Shown here: positions 40,552 to 55,960 of the stretch, one piece after another
How positions within the stretch are numbered: position 1 is the first letter of the stretch
Layout of the letters: the number at the start of each line of letters is the position of its first letter
Notes under the pieces: generated by a model
The model's input: the letters and a program-made list of their open reading frames with translations, nothing else
Databases searched by the model: none
Told to the model about the DNA's origin: nothing
Assembly (NCBI GenBank): GCA_951406725.2
Contig: OX597827.1
Location: forward strand, 22,382,001-22,446,000
Origin: Octopus vulgaris
Taxonomy: Eukaryota
Direction: 5' to 3'
Length of the DNA stretch: 64,000 nucleotides
Translations under genes and position numbers: made by a program

Positions 40552-40634
<83 letters not shown>

Positions 40635-40829
40635 TTATATATGTATATATATTTATATATGTATATATATTTATATATGTATATATATATATACATATAT
40701 AAATATATATGCATATATAAATATATATATACATATATAAATATATATATACATATATAAATATATATATACATATATAAATATATATATACATATATAT
40801 ATATACATATATATATAACTACATATATA

Positions 40830-40894
<65 letters not shown>

Positions 40895-41258
40895 CACTTG
40901 TCTTCGTCTTTAGTTTTTCGTAAATTCCAACTATAGATATATATTTCGACACACACACACACGCATATTTCTATATACACACGTATATCTATAAATGGTT
41001 GTTGCATACAGCACATGTAATACATCACATTCTCAATGTGAATGTTACAGAATATAATTTTGGGGTTAGAGAAACTAGAAAATGACATCGGAAAATGTGG
41101 ATGGACCCATGTACACAAGCATGTCGCATGTCGCATGTCTGTATGCTTCCAAGCACGGACATAAATGGACGTTAATTCGTAAAAGGTGACACGCACACAA
41201 ATACACACGTATTTATATATCAGCGTGTACATAAATATATGCATTACATATATATAGA

Positions 41259-41339
<81 letters not shown>

Positions 41340-41342
41340 AGA

Positions 41343-41373
<31 letters not shown>

Positions 41374-41401
41374 GTGTGTATATATATACGTATATATATA
41401 T

Positions 41402-41610
41402 ATAGTTAATCCAAACAAGAAAACACAAAAAACACAACAACGCGAGGACGTGGAACAAATATAGTATTATTGGATGCTCAAGAAACAAGGGAAGAAGGAG
41501 GGTTTAACGTTTCGAGCGGAGCTCTTCGTCGGAAACATAGGAAAAGGAAAGATCCAGAGAAGGGATGACAGAGGAAAAAAATCGCCAACTTTACACACGA
41601 GGTCACATTT
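41402..41610 (-). mobile_element. pLTR-like repeat family L carrying a minimal HHR (41502-41536)
   Basis: Minus strand GTTT-CCGACGA-A-GAGC TCC GCTC-GAAA-CG-TT-AAAC; other copies at 40478-40557 (tail only), 49972-50172, 50500-50720, 57590-57755 and 62172-62380. Confidence 0.75.
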
Positions 41611-41662
<52 letters not shown>

Positions 41663-41728
41663 GGTCCCGGGTTGATTCGGGGTTAACCACAGTAAATAAG
41701 GTACTCAATACATAGCAGAGTAAAATTA

Positions 41729-41851
41729 ATTTATTATATAGAAGGAGCTTCTACAGGACTAGAACTGTTTCATTCAAGAGAAATCTTCAGGAAGCCTGAA
41801 GATTTCTCTTGAATGAAACAGTTCTAGTCCTGTAGAAGCTCCTTCTATATA

Positions 41852-41857
<6 letters not shown>
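41729..41857. repeat. Perfect palindrome, 63-bp arms, 3-nt loop
   Basis: 41729-41791 is the exact reverse complement of 41795-41857. Confidence 0.95.
41747..41795 (-). ncRNA. Type I hammerhead ribozyme
   Basis: GCTTC-CTGAAGA-TTTC TCTT GAAT-GAAA-CAG TTCTAGTC CTG-TA-GAAGC; canonical core, GUA site. Confidence 0.75.
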
Positions 41858-41933
<76 letters not shown>

Positions 41934-41982
41934 AATATTAAATTTCTAAATCTCTCATAGAGATATGTACGGTGGTGGGGCG

Positions 41983-42199
41983 ATAGAATGGTTGTATACT
42001 GTCAATCTAACGTCAATGTGACAGTAGGGGGTTACTTATATACATTTACGAAGGGGAGACAAACTCCCCTTCGTAAATGTATATAAGGACACAGGAAAAA
42101 TGTGTCGAAGCCAGCAAGAAGCGTCGATGCTTCCTAGGGCTAAACAGCGGTGGTGTAACCCCCTACTGTCACGTTCACGTTATATTGACAGTATACGAC

Positions 42200-42207
<8 letters not shown>
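41983..42207. repeat. Nested double inverted repeat (outer arms ~53 bp; inner perfect 24-bp hairpin 42035-42087)
   Basis: CTTATATACATTTACGAAGGGGAG-ACAAA-CTCCCCTTCGTAAATGTATATAAG inside GTGACAGTAGGGGGTTAC / GTAACCCCCTACTGTCAC. Confidence 0.9.
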
Positions 42208-42258
<51 letters not shown>

Positions 42259-42413
42259 ACTAATCTCAAGATTAATCAGCCAAAATTGCGAGGATGATCC
42301 GGTTCTTGACTGAAGAGTGAAGGCTTCGAATGTCCCGTCCGTGTTTTTTGTATCGTCTCCTAAATGTTTTGCGTTCTTGTCCCAGTTTGTATTTTTTTAC
42401 ACACACACACACA

Positions 42414-42448
<35 letters not shown>

Positions 42449-42450
42449 AT

Positions 42451-42512
<62 letters not shown>

Positions 42513-42539
42513 TTTTTTTTCTCTAGTTTCAGCTCAGAG

Positions 42540-43137
42540 CTGCGGCCATGCTGATGCACCGCCGTCTTGCGCCACACTGTTATTACGAAGAACCTCGTCT
42601 AACATGTGGCACCTGGTGAAGAATGGAGTTTGATATAGCTACTCTCATTTGCACCTCTTGCCGTGAGGTAGGTTCATCTGGGACTCTCGACAGGAAGATG
42701 TCCAGCTTTGATTTAGAAACCGCTACATCTACTTTGTGCAAGTTCCTCAGACTCTTTGGGGGAATATTAAAAAGCTGTGGGCCCTTGAAACCCAAGCTGT
42801 TGCAGAAGCTGGTCCTGAAGCGTGATGACATTGCTGGGATCTTTGGCACTATGCAGTGTCGTCCCGTTCTAGCATTGGTGTAGCTTACAATGCCAAAATT
42901 TGGCACAATTCCTTCCAGGATCTTCCAGACATATATTACTGCATACCTCTCCCGTCTTCTCTCCAGGGAGTAGAGTCTTAGCTGTTTCAACCGTTCCCAG
43001 TAGCTGAGCTGTTGCAAAGAGACGATCTTCTTTGTGAATCTTCTCTGGATTGCTTCAAGGTCCGCTGTTAATTTTACGCTGGTGGGTGACCATAGCTGTG
43101 AGCAGTAATCCAGGCGGCTGAGGACGAATGTCCGCCA
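42540..43137 (-). mobile_element. CR1/L2-group LINE 3' end
   Basis: RLDYCSQLWSP...YWERLKQLRLYSLERRRERYAVIYVWKIL..GPQLFN..KSKLDIFLSRVPDEP. Confidence 0.85.
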
Positions 43138-43337
43138 ATATATATGTATACATTATGCACACTCACGTACACACATATATATGCACGTTAGCTATTTACA
43201 TTCAATATACATATTGTCTATACAAATATATATAAGTATATATAAAAGCATGAAATTGTTTGATTATTTGGACAATAACCGACTGGGATTTGGTCACGTT
43301 CTATGTGTTTTCCTTTTCTTCTTGAATTATATATGTT

Positions 43338-43446
<109 letters not shown>

Positions 43447-43607
43447 ATATATATGTATATATATATTTATATATATGTATGTATATATATATATGTGTAT
43501 ATATATATATGTATGTATATATGCCTATATATATATAAATAATTTTTTTGTGTAATGAGATAAAAAATCCGAGGCTGTATAGATATTAGAGCATTTATAG
43601 ATAGAAG

Positions 43608-43662
43608 ATCTTACAGCTGTTTCTAGGATATTAATTAATAATAATATCCCTTCATCGGAGAC
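43608..43662 (-). ncRNA. Type I hammerhead (U4C core variant)
   Basis: GTCT-CCGATGA-A-GGGATA..TATCCT-A-GAAA-CAGCTG-TA-AGAT; palindromic stem III ACAGCTGT. Confidence 0.65.
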
Positions 43663-43756
43663 GATGTGAGAGGAAAATTTAAGTCATAGGAAGTTTCGAT
43701 GTGATATAAATAGAGAATGAGGTGGAAGAAAGAAAATAGATGTAAGATATGTATGG

Positions 43757-43867
<111 letters not shown>

Positions 43868-44023
43868 ATTTCAGCAAAATAATTAAGATTCAAATGAATT
43901 CAAATGAATTCAAATGAATATGGTACTTAACTTAGATGCACCAGAATTCTTTATGGTATTAACCATAAAATAATGTTGGGTGATTATAACCAAGGAAAAA
44001 AAGCAACAAGAATGGATTAGTAG

Positions 44024-44110
44024 TTTAGTACAATTGTTTCGTACTAAGAACATTTTATTTAAAGCTACAAATATTGCAGCAAATGCAATGTCCAGTATTC
44101 ATCAGCTAAA
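44024..44110 (-). ncRNA. Type I hammerhead ribozyme (left arm)
   Basis: TTTAG-CTGATGA-A-TACT...AGTA-C-GAAA-CAATTG-TA-CTAAA; canonical core, palindromic stem III. Confidence 0.8.
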
Positions 44111-44190
44111 TCATATATATGTTTTCCAAACATCCTAGATTCTCTATATACACATAGATTCTCTAGGATGTCTGGAAAACATATATCTGA

Positions 44191-44278
44191 TTTAGCTGAT
44201 GAATACTGGACATTGCATTTGCTGCAATATTTGTAGCTTTAAATAAAATGTTCTTAGTACGAAACAATGTGTACTAAA
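44191..44278 (+). ncRNA. Type I hammerhead ribozyme (right arm)
   Basis: TTTAG-CTGATGA-A-TACT...AGTA-C-GAAA-CAATGTG-TA-CTAAA (1-nt insertion in stem III). Confidence 0.78.
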
Positions 44279-44311
44279 CTACTAATCCATTCTTGTTGCT
44301 TTTTTCCTTGG

Positions 44312-44362
<51 letters not shown>

Positions 44363-44584
44363 CATATATACTCTTTTACTTTTACTTGTTTCAGTCATTT
44401 GACTGCGGCCATGTCAGAGCACCGCCTTAAGCCGAGCAAATCCACCCCAGGACTTATTTTTTGTAAACCTACTACTTATTCTATCCATTTCTTTTGTCGA
44501 ACCGCTAAGTTACGGGGACGTTAACACACCAGCATCGGTTGTCAAGCGATGTTGGGAGCAACACAGACACACATATACATACAC

Positions 44585-44642
<58 letters not shown>

Positions 44643-44791
44643 TATATATATAAATCAATAAATGGTGGGGTTATGTTGACCGCACGTGGAGAAATGATAG
44701 GCAAGGAAAAATTATAAAAAGGCAGAATGAAGGAAAATTTTAATGAAAATGGGTGTATGGAAAATTTTGAAAAATTAATAAAATATATATT

Positions 44792-44833
44792 AATTCAAAC
44801 CGGTTTTCGTCACAATGTGACTTTTCAAGAATT
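44792..44833 (-). ncRNA. Hammerhead-like fold with TTGAAAA core
   Basis: AATTC-TTGAAAA-GTCAC ATT GTGAC-GAAA-ACCGGT-TT-GAATT; all three helices pair perfectly. Confidence 0.6.
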
Positions 44834-45036
44834 GTAAGGTGGAAAGAAAAAAATTTTTGTTTAATGTTTGAGGAGGGGGAAAAAAGAAAATTACATTGTT
44901 TTTTGCCAAAAAATAATAATAAACATGTACAAAAATTAAAAAATAGGTATTCCGATACATTGTAAAGTCTTTGTGTATCTCGAGTTTAATGATAGTTCTT
45001 GAAAAAATTACCTTGGACGATTGAGATCCATGTGAT

Positions 45037-45080
<44 letters not shown>

Positions 45081-45146
45081 TACGCATACATACATACATA
45101 CATACATACATACATACATACATACATACATACATACATACATGCA

Positions 45147-45180
<34 letters not shown>

Positions 45181-45450
45181 CATACATATATACATACATA
45201 CATATGACAGGATTATTTCAGATTCCGTCTACCAAAACCACTCACAAGGCTTTAGTGGGCCCGAGGCTATAGTACAACACAATTGCCCAAGATGCCACGC
45301 AGTGGGATTTAACCAGGAACTATACGGTCCGTAAGCATGCTACTTACCACACAATCACTCCTATGCCTATAAGTATATATATGTAATTATATATATATGT
45401 ATATATAACATATATGTCATATATATATATGTATGTCAATATATATGTAT

Positions 45451-45511
<61 letters not shown>

Positions 45512-45630
45512 TATGTATATATATTATATATATATTATATATCTATATGCTATATGTATCATATTATATATCTATGTTATATATCTATATTATATAACCC
45601 TATTATGTATCTATATTATATACTTATGTA

Positions 45631-45668
<38 letters not shown>

Positions 45669-45944
45669 CCTATATTATATAAATATATTTTATATGTGTA
45701 TTATATGTATATTATATAAATATATATATATATTAAATCTATATTACATATATATTATACCTATATTCTATATTATATCTATTATATCTATATTCTATTC
45801 ATATATATTATATCTATATTATATCTTTATTATTATATATATATATATGTATAAATATATATTATATATATTATATATATATTATATCTATATATTACAC
45901 ACACAGACAAACTGCCGTTTATATATAGAGAGATATATATATTG

Positions 45945-46222
45945 TCGAGGCGCTATGACCTTGTGGTTAGGGCAGCGGACTCGCGGTTGTAGGGTCGTGG
46001 TTTCGATTCCCAGACTGGTCGTTGTGAGTATTTTTGAGTGAAAACACCTAAAGCTCCACGACGCTCCGGCAGGGTCCCTGCTGTACTCTTTCGCCACAAC
46101 TTTCTCACAATCTTTCTTCTGTTGGCCTGCTTGCTTAGCATTTGAAAGCTAAAAAAGATGCGAAGCGCACTGTGACCAGAGACGTGTAGCAACATCTGAT
46201 AGCCTGGTCGGTCATGGTGATT
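45945..46222 (+). mobile_element. SINE family C
   Basis: GTGGTTAGGGCAGCGGACTCGCGG..GTTTCGATTCCC head; tail matches the reverse of 60499-60620. Confidence 0.75.
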
Positions 46223-46487
46223 ATATATATATATATATATATTTTTGTTATATCTATATTATTTTTATATGATATTTATTATATATATATATATATTATA
46301 TCTATATTATATATATATATTTAATATATGTATATCGAATATATATATATATCATATATATATATATTATATATATATATATTTAATATATGTATATCAT
46401 ATATATATATTATATCTATATTATATATATATAATATATCCATATTATATATGTATATTTATCTATATTATATATATATATATATAC

Positions 46488-46518
<31 letters not shown>

Positions 46519-46698
46519 GATATATATATATTATATATATATATCTATATCATATATATATCATATATATATATATATATATATATATCTATATCATATA
46601 TATATCATATATATATATATATCATATCTATATTATATGTCATATCTATATTATATATATAATATCTACATTATATATATATATATTATATATATATA

Positions 46699-46751
<53 letters not shown>

Positions 46752-46882
46752 TATATATATATTATATATATTATATATATATTTAATATGTACATTATAC
46801 ATATATTATATATATATATTATAACTATGTTATATATATATATATTATATCTATATTATATATATATATTATATGTATATCA

Positions 46883-46935
<53 letters not shown>

Positions 46936-46936
46936 T

Positions 46937-47224
46937 ATACAATTGCAGCGTGGAAGGTGTTTATAAGCCATTTAAGAAACACACAAAAGCCGTTCGATTC
47001 ACTTCAACATTTAAGTTTAATTTGTCAAAATATTTTCGTCGCTAAAATCCGCGACCTGTTCACTGACAAAGTCCGTGCTGCAGCACGATCTTTGTCAGTG
47101 AACAGGTCGCGGATTTTAGCGACGAAAATATTTTGACAAATTAAACTTAAATGTTGAAGTGAATCGAACGGCTTTTGTGTGTTTCTTAAATGGCTTATAA
47201 ACACCTTCCACGCTGCAATTGTAT
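46937..47224. repeat. Loopless palindrome, 144-bp arms, 2 mismatches; each arm has a hammerhead-like fold (47021-47070 minus, 47091-47140 plus)
   Basis: Symmetry centre 47080/47081 (GCTG|CAGC); TTTGTCA-GTGAACA-G-GTCGC..GCGAC-GAAA-ATAT-TT-TGACAAA. Confidence 0.93.
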
Positions 47225-47278
47225 TCGTTTCAGCACACGATCTCAGATCAAATTACTTGCTATGCGAGTACATCTCCG

Positions 47279-47331
<53 letters not shown>

Positions 47332-47341
47332 CTATATTATA

Positions 47342-47396
<55 letters not shown>

Positions 47397-47500
47397 CTGT
47401 ATTATACATATATTATATATATTATATCTATATTATATACATATATATATTACATCTATATTATATATATATTTTATATCCACATCTATATCTATCAATC

Positions 47501-47532
<32 letters not shown>

Positions 47533-47634
47533 TGTATGGGGGGAAAAGAATAATACGCTGCTGAAGGTGGATAAATTTAATTTAATCCACTTCGGAAAAG
47601 AAGATACCCTGAAACGTCCATACTCCCTTCATTC

Positions 47635-47990
47635 AGGTGAAACTACTGGGGTCGACTAGAAAAGCTCAGGCCTTATTCCCTCCAACGCCGCCGTAGCGCT
47701 ACGTCATCTGCAAGATGTGGAAAATATTCCATCAACATTACCCAAATTATGTTGGCATCGCCTTTAAGATACACCTAACACTCGGACCCCGTGCTATCCG
47801 CCCACAACATAAGTCGTCCTCGCATCACATAACAACAATATCTCACCTCAATTGTCCTTGTTCTCTTGAACGTTACACCAAAACACATTCAAGCAGAAAC
47901 AGAAGTCTTTGGACAAAATGCTCCAAAAAATCCCGGATAAATCTCCTACACCCGGATATATCTCCGCACACAATAACTCTTTACTCGAGA
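47635..47990 (+). pseudogene. Decayed CR1/L2-group LINE 3' fragment
   Basis: NYWGRLEKLRPYSLQRRRSA..CKMWKIFHQHYPNYVGIAFKIH, homologous to 51390-51700. Confidence 0.7.
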
Positions 47991-48113
47991 GGGCCATGTT
48001 GTCCGATTCCTGATTTCAATGACTTTGCCAGGTGGCGCTAATAAGTTAGACGAGGGCTGCGCCAATACTGGCCGAAACCTATCAAAGTATCTAAGTATAT
48101 TGTGTGTGTGTGC

Positions 48114-48163
<50 letters not shown>

Positions 48164-48321
48164 CAGGAGTAGCTGCGTGGTAAGAAGCTTGCCTCCCATC
48201 TACATGGTTTGAGGCTCAGTTCCACTGCGTGGCACCATGGACAAGTGTCTTCTACAATAGCTTCCGGCCGACCAAAACCTTGTGAGTGGATTTGGTAAAC
48301 GGAAACTGAAAGAATCCCGTC

Positions 48322-48357
<36 letters not shown>

Positions 48358-48396
48358 GCGTTAGGTATTTATATTAAATATGCACATTGTAAAAGT

Positions 48397-48474
<78 letters not shown>

Positions 48475-49226
48475 TTATTTATTTATTTATATTTTCAAAA
48501 GAAAAAAATTATTTTCGAAATTTTTTTCTCTTAGGTTTTTCACGCTAACTACCTGATAATTTCTTGTTAAGATTCCTTATTAAGAAGTTATCCTTAATTG
48601 TTAAATATATACATATATATATATATATCGATGTATGTGTATATATATTATCTATGTGTATAAGTGTGTGTATGTATGAGTTGTCATATACAACTAACTA
48701 CATATAAACACACACGTATATATATGTATATATTGTTTCTTTTATTCTTTTATTTGTTGCCGTCATTTGACGCAGTCGTGGCGGAACACTGCCTCGAAGG
48801 ATTTCAGTCGAACGCATCGACTCCGAAACTTCTGCATTAAACCTAGTACTTATTCGATCTCTCTCCTTATGCCGAACCGCTAAGTTACGTGGACGTAAAC
48901 GCATTAACACTTGTTGCCAAGCGGTGATGGGAGGGGAACTAATGCATAGACACAGACTCGCACGCGGGCGCGCACACAAACAAATGACGGCCTTCTTTCA
49001 GTTTCCGTCTAGTAAATCCCCTCAAAAGGCTTTGGTCAGCCCGAAGCTACAGTTGAAAACACCCTGTAGGCGCGCGCGCATGTTTTCTGTAAACCTAATA
49101 CGCAAGCATATGAACATACATACACACACACATACATACATACATACATACATACAAGCATACATACATACAAGCATACATATATACATATATACATACA
49201 TACATACAAGCATACATACATACAAG

Positions 49227-49286
<60 letters not shown>

Positions 49287-49338
49287 GTATATACATACAT
49301 GTTCTTGACTCCCCAGACAGAAAATAAGCTTTTTACTC

Positions 49339-49376
49339 ATATTTGATGAGATGAGAATCATCGAAACCGGTAATAT
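49339..49376 (+). ncRNA. Minimal type I hammerhead (C3U)
   Basis: ATAT-TTGATGA-GATGA GAA TCATC-GAAA-CCGG-TA-ATAT. Confidence 0.65.
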
Positions 49377-49755
49377 TTCCTTTATATAAAATTTTAAATA
49401 ACTTAAAATCATTCTAATTAAATTCCTTCTTAAATTGGAATGTCTTACACTTATTTCTGTGCTATTTCTACCCAATTCCTTTATATACATGTGTGTGTGG
49501 ACAAATTTCTTCAAGGAATACCAGATAAGTCACCCATATCTGGATAGGACTCACTCATTCCTTACTCGAATAGACCATGATACCGCAAAACGCGACTAAA
49601 AAGGATTTAGATGATCCTATCAGGCGATGCTATTCAGTCAGACATGGCCAGGACCAATCTTTGGTCAAAACATATCTAAGTCCTTTACAATATTATTATA
49701 GGAAAACAGCACTTACCTAGCATACCTAATCGTTTATATATATATATATATATAA

Positions 49756-49811
<56 letters not shown>

Positions 49812-49827
49812 CTATCTACCTATCTAC

Positions 49828-49862
<35 letters not shown>

Positions 49863-49936
49863 AATATCTATCTATCTATATATATATATATGATATATAT
49901 ATATAATATATATATATATATATGTATGTATATAGA

Positions 49937-49975
<39 letters not shown>

Positions 49976-50070
49976 AACCAAACATGAAAACACAGAAAGA
50001 AAACACAACAACGCGAGGATGTGGAACAAATAAAGTGTTATTGGACGGTCAGGAAAAGAAAGAAAGAAAG

Positions 50071-50105
50071 ATTCAACGTTTCGAGCGGAGCTCTTCGTCA
50101 GAAAC
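50071..50105 (-). ncRNA. Minimal hammerhead, family L, canonical CTGACGA
   Basis: GTTT-CTGACGA-A-GAGC TCC GCTC-GAAA-CG-TT-GAAT. Confidence 0.65.
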
Positions 50106-50175
50106 ATAGGGAAAGGAAAGATCCAAGGAAGGGAAGACGGAGGAAAAAATTGCCAACGGTACACATGCGGTCACT

Positions 50176-50228
<53 letters not shown>

Positions 50229-50303
50229 GTATGTATGTATGTATATAAATATTTGTAAGCGATGTTGGGGGGGGGGGGCAAATACAGACACACAAACATA
50301 TAT

Positions 50304-50334
<31 letters not shown>

Positions 50335-50468
50335 CATATATACGACGGGCTTCTTTCAGTTTCCGTCTACCAAATCCACTCGCAAGGATTTGATCGGCCC
50401 GAGGTTATAGTAGAAGACACGTGCCTAAGATGCCACGCTGTGGGACTGAACCTGGAACCATAATTTGC

Positions 50469-50499
<31 letters not shown>

Positions 50500-50580
50500 A
50501 ATTCAAAATGAGACTTCGTGTGTAAAGTTGGCGATTTTTTTCCCTCTGTCTTACCTTCTCTGGATCTTTCCTTCTCCTAC

Positions 50581-50615
50581 GTTTCCGACGAAGAGCTCCG
50601 CTCGAAACGTTAAAC
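50581..50615 (+). ncRNA. Minimal hammerhead, family L (CCGACGA)
   Basis: GTTT-CCGACGA-A-GAGC TCC GCTC-GAAA-CG-TT-AAAC. Confidence 0.6.
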
Positions 50616-50729
50616 CCTCCTTCTTCCCTTCCTTCCTGAGCGTCCAATAATACTATATTTGTTCCACGTCCTCGCGTTGTTGTGTTTTCTCTTTGTGTTT
50701 TCAGGTTTGGATTAACTGTATATATATAT

Positions 50730-51867
50730 ATGAAAACTTCGACACCGGATTGAATATTTCCTGCAGAACAGAGCACAACATTCTCTGATCGGTGGAGTCC
50801 ACTGAAGCCCAGCAAAAGTCACGAGGGGTGTCCCTCGGGGAACTGTCCTGGGCCCGCTCCTCTTTATACTTTATATAAACAACCTATTCATCGTCATAAA
50901 ACGCAGCAAAGTGAATATATTCGCTGATGACTCTATGCTCCAGTAAAGTATCAATGAAAAAGAAGACCGAACTGAACTCTAATCGGATCTAGACAATGGG
51001 CAGACAAAAAGAAAATGCAACTAAACGAGGGAAAATTTGAGCTGAACCATTTTGGAAGAAAGACTATGGCTAAAACAGCCATATTCTCTTTCTTCAAGGG
51101 AATCGTTCATAGATTCAAATAATATCAGAGACATAAGAATAATTGTTGATAACAATCTCAGCTGGAGTGCCCACGTCAACAATAAGGTCGATATGGCTCG
51201 TAGGGTGGGCTCCTAGATTTTAAGAACCTTCTTGTCTAGAACAAGGTGTCATCATTCCTCTTTTCTCTTCATTTGTACGGCCACCCTTGAATACTGCTGC
51301 CCCTTGTGGTCTCCCCATACAATACAAAACAGCTCGAAAATTGAATCACCCCAGAGGTCATTCACTAAAAGAATTAAGGGCATGACTGATCTCAATTATT
51401 GGGACCAACTTAGAGCATTGGAACTCTATTATCTCCAGCGCCGCCGTGAATGATATAACATTCGCACGATGTGGAGAATATACTACCAGCATTGCCCAAA
51501 CGACCTCAGCATTAGCTTCAAGATTCATCCAAGGCTAGAACCACGGGCCATACGTCCCCTACCCAATTCAGGATCACAATACATATATACACTGCAACAC
51601 AATCTGTTTTCCTGAACAGACCTATTCAGCATTGTCCCGAAACAGATCAAAGAGGAAAAGGATCCCATCACCTTTAAACGGAATCTGGACAAATTTCTTC
51701 AAGGAATACCAGATAAGTCACCCATATCTGGATAGGACTCACTCATTCCTTACTCGAATAGACCATGATACCGCAAAACGCGACTAAAAAGGATTTAGAT
51801 GATCCTATCAGGCGATGCTATTCAGTCAGACATGCCCAGGACGAATCTTTGGTCGAAACATATCTAA

Positions 51868-51868
<1 letters not shown>
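50730..51868 (+). mobile_element. CR1/L2-group LINE, RT to 3' end, decayed
   Basis: GVPRGTVLGPLLFILYIN..IFADD..LEYCCPLWSP..YWDQLRALELYYLQRRRE; the last ~180 bp also occur at 49497-49680. Confidence 0.88.
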
Positions 51869-54190
<2,322 letters not shown>

Positions 54191-54280
54191 ATATGCATAT
54201 ATATATATACACACGGGCGCACTCAAACACACCAACGTCGGTTCACAACCGATGATAGGGCGGGCAAAGACAGGCACATA

Positions 54281-54358
<78 letters not shown>

Positions 54359-54434
54359 TATATATATCTATGTTAACCCAGAACCATGCGGTTGGGAAGA
54401 AGTTTCTTACAACACAGCAACGCCTGCGCCTATA

Positions 54435-54470
<36 letters not shown>

Positions 54471-54846
54471 GATTATGCATTTATATATCTATGTATATAT
54501 ACAAATGTACATGCATATAGATATATACACAAGCGTACATTGATATGTATATAGCTATACGCACACAAGCATGAGTGTGTGCATATATATATAGAATAGT
54601 ATAACAATATATGGATGTAAGTAGTTTAATAAGTATTATTAAAAGTATGTATATACACACACACATATATATGAATATATACTTATATATATATATATAT
54701 ATACACACATATATATACATATATATGCACACATTATACATAGAAATAATTATATATATGTATGTGTGTGTGTATGTACATATATTTTTATATAGATATA
54801 TATGTATGTATATACATATATATAAATATATATATACATACATATA

Positions 54847-54878
<32 letters not shown>

Positions 54879-54985
54879 CATACATATATGTGTGTGTATA
54901 TATATACATATATATATATTTATAGATATATATATATATGTATGTATATACATATATATACATATATGTGTGTATATATAAATAA

Positions 54986-55021
<36 letters not shown>

Positions 55022-55149
55022 TAATAATAAATATGTGGATATTAATAATTGTTAAATTTCTAAATAATATAAATTAATTTATGTATTGGATTAAGTCTTT
55101 CTGTGTTTGATTTGCATAATAGTGGTTTTGTCTCTAATTTAATATAATA

Positions 55150-55181
<32 letters not shown>

Positions 55182-55268
55182 CATACATATATGCGTGTAT
55201 ATATATATATATTTTTATATATATATATATATGTATATATACACATATATATATACGTACATATATGT

Positions 55269-55307
<39 letters not shown>

Positions 55308-55324
55308 TAATACATATATATACA

Positions 55325-55389
<65 letters not shown>

Positions 55390-55411
55390 ATATACATATA
55401 TTTATATATAT

Positions 55412-55960
55412 GTCAGGTCACTTTCGAGTGCTACTGGCAACATGTAACCCAGTACTACATGTTGCATGGTCAGGTCGTCGGCGACTAAACCGGCAACCCC
55501 ACAAGCTCGCTTGGTGAGGAGGGTGTTTATTGGTCACCCTGCGGGATGAAAAATAAAACCCGTCAAAGGGTGGAGGAACTCTTGAGAGTCAACGGCCATC
55601 CAATAAATGTCTTAAAGCTGTATCATGCGCGGGGACATAGAAATAATCGGATTGAATACCCGATCGCGCAGTTTAACCATTGGTAGTGAAGGACTTTTAG
55701 CCTTTGTTAGTGCGTCCTTCTAGGAGAAGTTAACTCAGGTAACTGGGATAACTCCGACATAAAACCTGCGGCTCAGTGGTTACCGATGATGTTGACTTGT
55801 TCTTCTTTTCGGATTGTGGCTGCTGTTGCTTAGTGAGTGGGATTGACTCAGTGCACAGCCTTTCCTCACTTAAAAAATATCTTCTTGCACAGGCATTGCA
55901 CGATAACAACATTGATTAAGCTTCGTGCAATGGCCATACTCGATAACGAGGGGGCAGCCA

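Larger units (their letters stand above)
43985..44316. repeat. Near-perfect palindrome, ~155-bp arms, ~22-nt spacer
   Basis: 43985-44139 vs 44162-44316 with only a few differences. Confidence 0.95.

Noticed and set aside
45945-46015. tRNA gene
   Set aside because: tRNA-like A/B boxes continue into a SINE body repeated at 60499-60620; no complete cloverleaf
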